Program-made: the position numbers and the translations under genes | In this document: positions 29,421 to 39,247 of the stretch, one piece after another | Numbering within the stretch: position 1 is the stretch's first letter | How the letters are laid out: each line of letters begins with the position of its first letter | Notes under the pieces: generated by a model | What the model was told of the DNA's origin: nothing | What the model saw: only the letters and a program-made list of their open reading frames with translations | Database searches by the model: none | DNA from: a virus | Virus record (IMG/VR): IMGVR_UViG_3300022682_000016 | Location: 26,313 to 90,312 of that record | Reading direction: 5' to 3' (one strand) | Length of the DNA: 64,000 nucleotides

Positions 29421-31706
29421 TTATGTCATAGCATTCCAAAGTGTAGATCCATCTTGATTTATATATAAGTATCCATTAGAGGGGCACCACACCATTGCAC
29501 CTATGGGAGCAGCTGTTGTTGGTGGTGATGATACCACAGGTATCTTCCAATAGGAATCAGAATTAGAGTTAAACGTACCAAAAACACACGTTCTGTTTGC
29601 ACTAGTAAAGCCCACATTAGAAGTAGCGAAATCGTGTGCAAACACTACATAATCATTATGGATAAGTGCTACTCTATCCCCTGTTAAATCAATTCTTTCG
29701 TTAATATTATCGTTTACATATGCATATATATGAGTATCTTTACATACAACTCTACCAATAGTAGCACCAGCTGGATTTTTAGTGTATAAATCTATTTGTC
29801 TATCTACCATATTAAAATAAGTGTCAGAACTGACACTAATGTTTGAAGAGGTATTAGTAAGTGATAACGTCTGGAATCCATTAATATATCCCCGTAACTC
29901 ATTAGCGTACACCCCAAAAAAATTATTTATATCTTTGTATATTACAGTAAATAAGGAAGATACTCTAAATCTTAAATGGCCACTTAAATATGCGGATATA
30001 TATGAAGTTGTGGATTCTACGTAATTTCCTGAAGTACTTATGTCATACCCAACTTTAACATAACTACTTTTCATGTCAATAGCTAACTTTGAGTCAGTAT
30101 AAGCACTTAGTTGATTATCAGCATTAGTAGCTTCCCAATACGTATTTGCGGAAGTATGTGTTCGTATATATGAGGACGTAGCTAATATTCTTGGATAAGT
30201 AGAGGAATCAAAAGCTAAATAGGTACCACTTGTTAAAGCATAGAGTTTTAATTTTGAATCTACCACAACAAAAGTACTTAGAGAGTTAGATCCAAAATAA
30301 GTAGTGTCAATGTCATAACCTATACGTTGGTCAGTACTATTTACTTTAAATCTTTGTAAAGTTGACGCGGATCCTGTTTTAGAATACATTGAAATTTCGT
30401 CACCAGTATTAATGGTTAAAAATGTGTATGCAGAGGTTAATAATTGAATAGTGGCAGAAGTTGTTTTTATATAAGGATAAGTTGACGTATCAACACCTAT
30501 ATAAACATTGGCATTCGTTAAATTAATTCTAGTTTTACCAGCAAGAGATACTGTTGTTGAAATACCTAAATTCATATCTATGGCATGTTTAGTACCCGAA
30601 TTAAGAATATCGGGGCCAATAGCAGCTTGTGATGCTGAAGATAATACAGTTGTATTTGATCCTACTTGAATCCTAGCACCTACAGAACCTTTAACATCTA
30701 AATTATATGATGGCGTATTAGCTGCACTTGAATATGTCCAATTACCAATACCTGCAATTCTATTACCACTACCATCTACAAAACCATGAATAACAGTTTT
30801 CTCTTTTATAGAATTGGCAGCTGGAATAGTGGTTCCTGGGACATTATCAAAACTTCTTACATGTATATTGTCTGTGTCATAATTAACAGCAATCTTAAAC
30901 TCTGTCCAAACCCCATTAAGAGCTATCTCACCACCATCAGATCCAAAGTCGTTAGATCTGGATATATTATAAGCATCGTCAGTAAGTTTTATAACCCAAG
31001 AATTATCGGATGTTTTATAAGCCGGTACTTTATTCCAAACAATGTATTCTGAACCATCAGCACTTGAGTAAAAAACATTAAACCTAGCTACAAGTTTAAG
31101 GTTTTGACCAGAGTCTGCATACGCAGGAACAACTGAAACTTCTTCCACAAGTTCTGATATAGTATCTGGAAGACTTGTTAATTTTAAATACATTGTTGAT
31201 TCATCGGAAGAACCGCCAAACTCTTCTGAAAGAACAGTGCCACCTGCAAATGCTAAGTTATCTGAAATAGACTCAGTACTACCCAAAGAAGCTTTAACCA
31301 ATTGTTTTAAGTTTGGATCACTGATGTCCGTTCTATCAACAATAACAGCTGCTCTTTGAAAACTTCCCAAAGAACTGTCAGATGATGGTCTTGCTACAAC
31401 ACTATATAAAGTAGTTCCTAAATTACCAGAAGTTGTGCCATCTAAATTAAGACGTTCAAAATCGTATTCGCCCGGTCTTAGAGTAGCATCTGCAATAGTT
31501 GCTGACACTTGAGCACCGTCTTCATCAACTACCCGTGTAGCTTTCGTAACAGTACCATATTGAAAAACAGCATTATCACCACCAGCAGTAGGGTCTGGTT
31601 TTATCTCAATACGACCTTCATATAGCAGAAGTTCTAAATCATTCTTAGGTAGATAGTTATCCGAATCTTGGACAACTACTGTATAATTTCTGTATAGGGT
31701 AGGCAT
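29421..31706 (-). CDS. Tail fibre protein
   Basis: Follows baseplate J. Repetitive beta-strand shaft (STYP and GYDI repeats); tip PPTTAAPIGAMVW...LYIN...W. Confidence 0.7.
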   Translation of the reverse strand: MPTLYRNYTVVVQDSDNYLPKNDLELLLYEGRIEIKPDPTAGGDNAVFQYGTVTKATRVVDEDGAQVSATIADATLRPGEYDFERLNLDGTTSGNLGTTLYSVVARPSSDSSLGSFQRAAVIVDRTDISDPNLKQLVKASLGSTESISDNLAFAGGTVLSEEFGGSSDESTMYLKLTSLPDTISELVEEVSVVPAYADSGQNLKLVARFNVFYSSADGSEYIVWNKVPAYKTSDNSWVIKLTDDAYNISRSNDFGSDGGEIALNGVWTEFKIAVNYDTDNIHVRSFDNVPGTTIPAANSIKEKTVIHGFVDGSGNRIAGIGNWTYSSAANTPSYNLDVKGSVGARIQVGSNTTVLSSASQAAIGPDILNSGTKHAIDMNLGISTTVSLAGKTRINLTNANVYIGVDTSTYPYIKTTSATIQLLTSAYTFLTINTGDEISMYSKTGSASTLQRFKVNSTDQRIGYDIDTTYFGSNSLSTFVVVDSKLKLYALTSGTYLAFDSSTYPRILATSSYIRTHTSANTYWEATNADNQLSAYTDSKLAIDMKSSYVKVGYDISTSGNYVESTTSYISAYLSGHLRFRVSSLFTVIYKDINNFFGVYANELRGYINGFQTLSLTNTSSNISVSSDTYFNMVDRQIDLYTKNPAGATIGRVVCKDTHIYAYVNDNINERIDLTGDRVALIHNDYVVFAHDFATSNVGFTSANRTCVFGTFNSNSDSYWKIPVVSSPPTTAAPIGAMVWCPSNGYLYINQDGSTLWNAMT

Positions 31707-31722
31707 AGCAACTACTCCTTAA

Positions 31723-33318
31723 TTAAATTCCGCCAGAAGAGGCTGTAAAGTTTGAAAGATTGGCTGCGCTGTATTCAAATAAAACATCATATAACGAAGC
31801 GTATTGATTACTTAGAATAGTGGAGGGGTCACTTAAGTCTCCAGTAACAGTATTTACAACAAAAAAGGTATCTCTATCATAAGAAATTACACCGTCTGTG
31901 CGTAGAATTATCTCAGCAATGTCAGAATGAGTAATATCCTCACCAATCTGTTTTCTAGCATATTGACGACCAAATGTTGTGGTACCTCCATTAAAATATG
32001 TAGATATGTTTTCAGAAACATTTTCTTGAACATCTGAAGCTGCGTATCCAAAAGCTGTTTGAATCTCGACAATAACTCTAATAGGAATATCTGCGGCTTT
32101 TCTAACAAGAACTGAAGGACCGATCATCTTTTCTTCAGTATCATCAAAAACACTTTGAAGCTTATATGGATTCCTATCATAGTTATAAAGAACTTTTAAT
32201 TTACGCTGATAACTTGAAGTGTTTAAAGCCATCTTTATCCTAATCTTATCATTGGCTTTAGGAGATCCAGAAAATGTATTAGTATCCTGAACAATTGATA
32301 CAACTGTATTGGTTCCATCAGGAACTACTTGTTCTTCAGTGCCTCCAAGTGTGTATATAAATATTGTCGGAGTTATTGTTGAAATCATAGGTTGGTTCTT
32401 AGGTATGAAATCAAACTGTTCCTCATCAGCATTATTAGCCTCTCCGGGCCAATACATAGTCTCTTCTATAAGCTCTGTATCATTTGATGAAAATTGTGTA
32501 AAGACGTCACACACCGATCCGATATAAACTGATTCATCATCAATATCCTCATCCAAAGCTATAGAATCATCTACATAAGATTCAGCTTCAGCAATTCTCT
32601 CAAAAGCAGCTTTGGATCCATTCACTCTTTGTGTCCACACATCCTGAGCACGGTTTATTAAATCTAAATCAGATTCTATGTCTGTACCTCCATTAATGGC
32701 TTGTTGATTAGAACAATATGAAAAGTTTGTTGGTTTAGGGGTAACAGTTGTTATTGATCCGGCAACTGCATTGGTACTGTATCCTGTGGACCCTGCTTGG
32801 ATAGGTATTTTTACATAATACAGACCCAAACTTGAATTAAATGTTGGGACGACATCAGATACCGAACTTGTTGGGTAATAGCTAAGTCCAGATTTACTGA
32901 TAAATTCTGTGCCGTTATTCCAAGATACCGGAGCGGCATCTGTTAAGAATACGGTAACATTTCCGGAAGAGGCAGTTCCTGAATTTCTAGTAATTCCCCA
33001 ATCACTAACATAAGCGTCTAATCGAGCAGATAGTAAATCATCAACATCATCAATAGAATAGGGTGTCCCATCCTGTTTGAACCCTAAAATAGATGCTAAA
33101 GAAGTCTTAAATGCTGTATCATTAATTACTGATATAAATTTTGTAAGGTTACGGGTACGGTCTTCTAACTCCAATAACACTTCATAACGATAAAACTCAT
33201 TTGAAGGAGCATCTACAACAACGTCATACTCTGTATCACCGGCAACTAACCTGACATCTGATCTAAGATCCAGAATGGAGTCTACTATTTCTTGTTTTAT
33301 ACTGGCTAGGCTTCTCAT
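31723..33318 (-). CDS. Baseplate J-like wedge protein
   Basis: LD....WGITR..GT..SG.V.V, A...G...N...G.I, N...I.GGTD.ESD..L..R are Baseplate_J hallmarks. Confidence 0.9.
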   Translation of the reverse strand: MRSLASIKQEIVDSILDLRSDVRLVAGDTEYDVVVDAPSNEFYRYEVLLELEDRTRNLTKFISVINDTAFKTSLASILGFKQDGTPYSIDDVDDLLSARLDAYVSDWGITRNSGTASSGNVTVFLTDAAPVSWNNGTEFISKSGLSYYPTSSVSDVVPTFNSSLGLYYVKIPIQAGSTGYSTNAVAGSITTVTPKPTNFSYCSNQQAINGGTDIESDLDLINRAQDVWTQRVNGSKAAFERIAEAESYVDDSIALDEDIDDESVYIGSVCDVFTQFSSNDTELIEETMYWPGEANNADEEQFDFIPKNQPMISTITPTIFIYTLGGTEEQVVPDGTNTVVSIVQDTNTFSGSPKANDKIRIKMALNTSSYQRKLKVLYNYDRNPYKLQSVFDDTEEKMIGPSVLVRKAADIPIRVIVEIQTAFGYAASDVQENVSENISTYFNGGTTTFGRQYARKQIGEDITHSDIAEIILRTDGVISYDRDTFFVVNTVTGDLSDPSTILSNQYASLYDVLFEYSAANLSNFTASSGGI

Positions 33319-33329
33319 TTAAAAATCTC

Positions 33330-33809
33330 CTACACTACCGAGATTGGGACATCGGTAGTAGACTGTGTTCGTATAGACATTTGAACCTTACTCTTGGTTG
33401 GATCACTAGGATCTTCTGTAACAACTAATTTACCCATAGTATTTATTAAGTCGTTACCTTCAAGATTCTGTTTTTCAGCCTGTTCATCTATTAGTAGTTT
33501 TTTTGCTAATATGGCCATACTAATATCCATAAATAAACTACCTCGTCGTACTAATATATCCTTCTCCCCAATTAAAGAGTATATATTAGTACCTAGTCCA
33601 TTCGGTTGTTTTTCCGTAAATACATTCTTAAGTGTTGTCTGAACCACAGCATCTTGATCCCTAATAACTTTTAATTTACCATTACCATCTAGATCCCAAT
33701 CACAATAACGCCAATCTTCTGGATTAGATGTAGAATCCCCAAAAAGTATTTCTAAAGGATTCTGTCCTTCGTAGTTTACTAACTGAAAATATTTTTTAGG
33801 TGATGCCAT
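33330..33809 (-). CDS. gp25/gpW-like baseplate wedge subunit
   Basis: DWDLDGNGKL..I...DAVVQ.....FTEK...GT....LIG; upstream of J. Confidence 0.65.
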   Translation of the reverse strand: MASPKKYFQLVNYEGQNPLEILFGDSTSNPEDWRYCDWDLDGNGKLKVIRDQDAVVQTTLKNVFTEKQPNGLGTNIYSLIGEKDILVRRGSLFMDISMAILAKKLLIDEQAEKQNLEGNDLINTMGKLVVTEDPSDPTKSKVQMSIRTQSTTDVPISVV

Positions 33810-33818
33810 GTCTATGCC

Positions 33819-34436
33819 TTAGTTATAATTAATTGTTCCAGCAGCTGATCCAGTAAATGATGCTGTACCAACAACACCGGCAGCGGCGGGTACTGTAATA
33901 GTTCCAGATAAACCTGTTACAATATAAGGTTCCAAAATAGACCAAGAATCTTCAAAGCTGGTCGGTTTTGTATTTAACATATCTGTCTGACATAACGGAC
34001 CTTGAGCAGCCATTGCCGGAAAAGTAACTACACCAGCACCACTTAAGGTTCCTATAGATGATGGATCCCATCCCGTTATGGTTGCTACCGGTGCAGCTAA
34101 CCATGTAGCTAACACTGAAAAGAAAAGTGGTATCCCGGCACCGGGTACTGTAGATCCTGTAGAAATAGAACTCAATAAAGAAGTTTTTAACACAGATGCG
34201 CTAAGGTATGTAATATCAACCGTACAGGATCCAGAATATGGTGAAGGAGGTGTTGGAGGTGTGATAACACCAGTAACTGTGCAGACTATAGTCGCATTAG
34301 TATCTGTATCAGAAACATAGCTATAAATACTATTAGCCACAGCCTCATAGGCTGAGTCCTGCCATTGAGACGTTCCTAAAGAAGCCCAATCAATGCTAGA
34401 TAGTTCATTAACTATAGAATCTTTTAAATTACCCAT
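33819..34436 (-). CDS. Virion structural protein downstream of the spike
   Basis: T/S/G-rich; A.SIYSYV motif; position between the spike and the gp25-like gene. Confidence 0.55.
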   Translation of the reverse strand: MGNLKDSIVNELSSIDWASLGTSQWQDSAYEAVANSIYSYVSDTDTNATIVCTVTGVITPPTPPSPYSGSCTVDITYLSASVLKTSLLSSISTGSTVPGAGIPLFFSVLATWLAAPVATITGWDPSSIGTLSGAGVVTFPAMAAQGPLCQTDMLNTKPTSFEDSWSILEPYIVTGLSGTITVPAAAGVVGTASFTGSAAGTINYN

Positions 34437-34447
34437 TATTTGTTATA

Positions 34448-36022
34448 CTAACATCTCACTTTTGTGTTACCAACAGCCAAGGGCGCTCCGGTAAATAAAC
34501 AATTAGGTAAATTTGCACATAATTGTTTATTGGGATTATCTCCTAATTCAACAGAAGCCCCAGATATAGACACTGTCCCACCTGCGGTCACATTAGCATC
34601 TCCATCAACTATAACATTAATATTACCAGTAAGTTTAAGATCTAAATTAGATTTAGAATCTAATTCTACAGAACCTTCCGGAGAAACTTTTAATTTAAAA
34701 TTGTAATCAGAACTTGAACCTCCACCAGCTTTTATATACGTCTCAACAGTACCATCTGGAGAAACTTTATTGTCATAAGTAGCTGTTCCTGCAGAGGTGT
34801 CCTCATTTATTCTGAGTCTTGCAGTTCCGTCTGATAAATATTCTCTATGTACCCAGTTTTTAGTATTTACAGAACCGTCTGAAAGAAGCATCGTGGTCTT
34901 TATCTTAAAGTCATCGTTACCACCAACAAATGTAAGATTGTCTCCCACAATACGTCTATTAACGTGTCTGGGTATGAATTCTTTTAAATCACCAGAATCA
35001 GTAATAGTATTTACATATCCATAAGTAGTTTCTGTTGGGCCTATAATTGTTTGGGCACGATCCTGCTTTACAGAGTAAGTTGTTCCAGACTCTGTCTGCC
35101 CATCTGAATTTTCTGAATATTTACGAATAACTACTGGTACAAATTTCCATTTGTCAAATCTTGGGAGTAATCCCCTACTAACAGTTCTGTTAGGATCTTT
35201 ATCTCCTGCAATTTTAAATTGCTTTACCCGCTGTTGGTATTGAACAAGATTTAATGCTTGGGGAGCAAACGGTTCTTCCTGGTTAGCTAAATTTGACTCG
35301 TCACTTTGGACATCATCATAATAAGAGTCCTGTTCAGAAATAGTTGTGAGGTCTGATACATCATTTTGACCACTATCTATACGACCCATAGTTGTTAAAA
35401 ATTCATGTTCCGGATTTCGTGATAATGATACTATTCGACCAAACTTATCAAAAAAGGTTTCTCCACCGGGGTACTGAATAATCCTACCCGTGTCTTCATT
35501 TAATGTACTTTCAGATTGTGAAGATTTATCATATTGATTATCTGCAAAGGGGTAGTCACCTAATGCTCCTGGTGAGTTTGCCATTGCACTTCTTATAATA
35601 CGTTCACCGCTATCTAACAAGTGAGATTTACTAAACAACTGCTTATTATATGTGTCAATAGTACACCCATCCAATATAACTGGGATTTGAACATTTAATC
35701 TATTCATCCAAGCAATAACTACTCTATCACCCCAATTTAGGCATCGTTGACTCTGAGCAGCAAAACCAAAATCTGTTATATGATATACCGAATCTAAACC
35801 AATACCTCGATCAAGTTCTACAGTGTATGTACCATCCCAAATATTTTGCCCCTTATTGCCTTCAGGACCATTAACTTCAGCTGCACCTAAATCTTCTGTT
35901 AGTCCATCTACAGCAATAAAGTTCCTACCTCTAATAGTGCCTTCTTCTAAAGTTATGTTATTAGGCATTATAACATTGCTAAAAGCTTCTGAAGCACTAA
36001 ACATTTGGAGAAGCCTCCTCAA
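34448..36022 (-). CDS. Baseplate central spike (gpV/gp5-like)
   Basis: OB-like GDRVVIAW...PVIL; C-terminal beta-helix repeats (GNINVIVDGDANVTAGG); Cys-containing tip CANLPNCLFTGAP. Confidence 0.7.
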   Translation of the reverse strand: MRRLLQMFSASEAFSNVIMPNNITLEEGTIRGRNFIAVDGLTEDLGAAEVNGPEGNKGQNIWDGTYTVELDRGIGLDSVYHITDFGFAAQSQRCLNWGDRVVIAWMNRLNVQIPVILDGCTIDTYNKQLFSKSHLLDSGERIIRSAMANSPGALGDYPFADNQYDKSSQSESTLNEDTGRIIQYPGGETFFDKFGRIVSLSRNPEHEFLTTMGRIDSGQNDVSDLTTISEQDSYYDDVQSDESNLANQEEPFAPQALNLVQYQQRVKQFKIAGDKDPNRTVSRGLLPRFDKWKFVPVVIRKYSENSDGQTESGTTYSVKQDRAQTIIGPTETTYGYVNTITDSGDLKEFIPRHVNRRIVGDNLTFVGGNDDFKIKTTMLLSDGSVNTKNWVHREYLSDGTARLRINEDTSAGTATYDNKVSPDGTVETYIKAGGGSSSDYNFKLKVSPEGSVELDSKSNLDLKLTGNINVIVDGDANVTAGGTVSISGASVELGDNPNKQLCANLPNCLFTGAPLAVGNTKVRC

Positions 36023-38342
36023 GAATATCGTTGCTTTTTATCTCACCCTGACTATTTACAGGATTTATGGTATTAAAAGAAGCAATCCCATTTTCAAACC
36101 CGAAAGCACTTGGTTCTGCAAATATGGCTGTCCATGGCATTTCTAATGTTTTATGCATCGGATGCCCATAGGAAAGATTTAATGTAGTGCTATGAATACT
36201 TCCCTGTGACCATGAATTAGTAATACCCATAATCATGTAGGACTTCATTCGTAACGGATTTATAAATGTGCGGCCAACTTGTAGTTCAGGTCTGTGATTT
36301 AGTTGAATTGTCCCACTGTCTGCTTGAGAATTTACACGTTCCCTAACAGCTGCTGACTGATAAGATAATACCCTAGCTCCAACTACATTATTAGGCCACC
36401 GCACATTATAGATGTTTTGGGTTTGGTATCTTCTAACACCTAATTTTGCCAATGTATCAAAATCTGCCACAGATACGCCGTGCATAGCTGCTGTTGAGAA
36501 TAAGAGATTATCACTAGATTTTTCTAAATATGGAAATACAGCATCTGTAGCAGTTATAGTTACTAACGGAGCCTCATCAATAGAAGTATTAAAACTTATA
36601 AAATCATCATGCGTTAATATATAATTTTTACCATGAAATAGTACCGTATTCCAAACATAATCCGGTCCATCAGATAATGAATCAAGGTTAATAACTTCTT
36701 TCGGTTCTACAGTAGCATTTTTAAAATCTTTTAAAGGATCTATTGACGAGTTTATGGTTTCTTTACCAACAATAACTTCAGCACCAGGTATTAGATGATA
36801 GGTGTTTCTTCCATTTCTAGTAACAGGTTTAAATACTGCTGTATTATTTGGATAGTTATTTAATTTTTTTAATTCTTCCACACTCGTTTTTCTAACACCA
36901 TTATTATTGGCAAATCCATACAAAGTTGGAATTGGGGGACCACTTACAAAAGCAGTTATGTTTCTAGGGGGTGTTTTATCATTCTTTGGCGGTTGCCTAT
37001 GTCGTATAGCTGTAGCAGTACTCCTACCACCATATTTTTCTAAGTTAGGGAAAGCGTTGTATTTTGGAAGTTCTATGATCATATTTCCATTAGCATCGAA
37101 ATATTTATAAGCAAACATCTTTGCTACTATATCTGAAATAATCTCATCTGCTGATTTTAGAGAATCCTTATAAAGGGATAGTCCCTTTGATAAAAGTTTA
37201 TGTATAAAAATATTATCAAATTCCCTTATAAGAGGATCTACAAAAATCTTCTTTTGCCCTCTGTCAGACTTTGTTGAAGATTTGTCATACATATAACTTC
37301 TAGTCTCTAACCCATATGGTTTAATAAAGTTTTCGGGATTCATATTTTCTACAGAGTCTATATACTGAAACGAATCTATGTCAAAGTCTCCACCAGCATA
37401 TTGAGTAGATCCCCTTCTGCTTGAAATACCGTTATAGGTGTACACTTTAGAAGTATCAAATCTAAAAGCCTCGACACCTACAGTATCTCCAAATTTTTCT
37501 AATGTCCAAAGTTCTTGTGCAGTCCTTACTATCTCAAGTATTATATCCACTACACTTTTAAATTTTTCAGCACCAAATATATTTTGAAATGCAGCATTTT
37601 TTGCAGATTGTAAGTTAGCCTCAGTTGAATACACAAATTCTCTTAGAGGAGATGCTGCCTCTTGACTAGAAAATCTATTCCAACCACTCACTAAAGATAC
37701 GTTGTCTAATAATGCAGATAAATCTCTACAGCCTATTGTAAGACTCTGGTCGCCCGTCTTTGTGCAATTATCACCTACTCTGGAAACAACTCCCGTAAAA
37801 CCTGCATACCAAAAACCATCCTGACCTTTGTAGTCTACAAATATAGGATCAAACAAGTCAAGAAATGGTAATGCGTACACAATACCTTCACGAATAACAC
37901 TTGAAACATTTCTAGTATCTTCAGAAAGCGATCCTCCAGATCTGTTATAATCTTTAAAATTACCCTTATCATAAGAAATAGGATCAAATTCTGATTTATT
38001 TATGACTAAATCGTTCCAAATATCATGAAAAAAGTTTGACCGTCCTTTTTTTGATAGTGTGGTCATAAAGTCTTTTGCTTTGTCATTAGTGTTAGATAGT
38101 CCAGTATACAAATTGTTAAATTCTTTTATCGCATCATCAGAGATATACCTCATTAGAGAGCTTTTAAAATTTGGAAATATTATTGTGGCAGTTCCTTGAC
38201 CACTATTAGAAAGTGTTGTATTAATCTGTGTAAACCCTAATATCTCTACAAATCTTCTATTATTACCAAATACAGGATCCTTTATATAGGCTAACACTCT
38301 AGCATTTGGGTTTTGTCTTTCAGAAGTTGCGTTCTTTGCCAT
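35997..38342 (-). CDS. Baseplate hub (gp27-like) with LysM-like insert
   Basis: FTGVV.RV....L.I.CRD, YFDANGN, RPELQVG....Y.I..I...W....TTL.L.YG. LysM-like TLYGFA...SVEELKKLN. Confidence 0.7.
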   Translation of the reverse strand: MAKNATSERQNPNARVLAYIKDPVFGNNRRFVEILGFTQINTTLSNSGQGTATIIFPNFKSSLMRYISDDAIKEFNNLYTGLSNTNDKAKDFMTTLSKKGRSNFFHDIWNDLVINKSEFDPISYDKGNFKDYNRSGGSLSEDTRNVSSVIREGIVYALPFLDLFDPIFVDYKGQDGFWYAGFTGVVSRVGDNCTKTGDQSLTIGCRDLSALLDNVSLVSGWNRFSSQEAASPLREFVYSTEANLQSAKNAAFQNIFGAEKFKSVVDIILEIVRTAQELWTLEKFGDTVGVEAFRFDTSKVYTYNGISSRRGSTQYAGGDFDIDSFQYIDSVENMNPENFIKPYGLETRSYMYDKSSTKSDRGQKKIFVDPLIREFDNIFIHKLLSKGLSLYKDSLKSADEIISDIVAKMFAYKYFDANGNMIIELPKYNAFPNLEKYGGRSTATAIRHRQPPKNDKTPPRNITAFVSGPPIPTLYGFANNNGVRKTSVEELKKLNNYPNNTAVFKPVTRNGRNTYHLIPGAEVIVGKETINSSIDPLKDFKNATVEPKEVINLDSLSDGPDYVWNTVLFHGKNYILTHDDFISFNTSIDEAPLVTITATDAVFPYLEKSSDNLLFSTAAMHGVSVADFDTLAKLGVRRYQTQNIYNVRWPNNVVGARVLSYQSAAVRERVNSQADSGTIQLNHRPELQVGRTFINPLRMKSYMIMGITNSWSQGSIHSTTLNLSYGHPMHKTLEMPWTAIFAEPSAFGFENGIASFNTINPVNSQGEIKSNDILEEASPNV

Positions 38343-38350
38343 TGTAAATC

Positions 38351-39235
38351 CTAAGCACTTGCATAGTCAGGTGCCTGACTATATGCGGCTTTTGAGTTAG
38401 TATCCGGAATATTTGATTTACCTTCAAAGTCTGAAGAGAATTGATGCCCATATCTTGAAACCATAGCATTAAAAAATTTAGAAAACTCATACTGTGATGT
38501 TGTATGTACCATCATATCTGGGTATATGCGGAGCTGCATTTCATAATTTATTATCCAAGGATTTTCAGCATCTTGAGAATAGTTAAAACTAACAAATTTA
38601 CCCACATATATATCCATATCATGTGCAATAACAATGTCACTATTAACCTGATTATAAAAATATTCAAGTTGCCTAAATTTTATCCAAGCTGTAGACAATT
38701 TAGGGTACCTAGCCATTGTTTCTGTTGGTAATTTAGTCGCAGATCCAGACAATCTCATAAAATCTCTAGGTAACGTACATCCAGACACCCCAGAAAAAGA
38801 CAATGTTGGTGCAGTGTTTCTATAAGTATTGATAATTGTTAAATCAGATGCTTCATTAATAGCTTGAAGCTTTGCGTGATTCATACGCATATTCTGAGGG
38901 TTTATTAAAAATTTATAGTACCACATCTTACCAGATACGAATAATGCCTCAGCAACCACGGCTTCTAAAGCCGTACTGGCTGACTGTGCTGTAGAAGTGA
39001 GGACGTTGGTTGCTAAAATCTTACCAATAAATGCAGCTGTGTTTTTAGCATATTCCGGATTAAGGACTTTTTTACCATTCTTCTCTATAAACTGATCATC
39101 TGTAGGAATACTAGAAGACGATCCAAACATATTCAATACTCTAGACAATGGCATTATAAGCATAGTATGCATACGAGAAAATATTTCTCTAACTCCAAAA
39201 TCAGGTGCTTGTATTCTATCTTTTAAATTAGCCAT
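38351..39235 (-). CDS. Tail tube initiator / baseplate protein
   Basis: FLINPQNM, L.FSG.SG, Y.GKF.SF....DAENPW...Y; position after the tape measure. Confidence 0.65.
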   Translation of the reverse strand: MANLKDRIQAPDFGVREIFSRMHTMLIMPLSRVLNMFGSSSSIPTDDQFIEKNGKKVLNPEYAKNTAAFIGKILATNVLTSTAQSASTALEAVVAEALFVSGKMWYYKFLINPQNMRMNHAKLQAINEASDLTIINTYRNTAPTLSFSGVSGCTLPRDFMRLSGSATKLPTETMARYPKLSTAWIKFRQLEYFYNQVNSDIVIAHDMDIYVGKFVSFNYSQDAENPWIINYEMQLRIYPDMMVHTTSQYEFSKFFNAMVSRYGHQFSSDFEGKSNIPDTNSKAAYSQAPDYASA

Positions 39236-39247
39236 AATATTTTATTT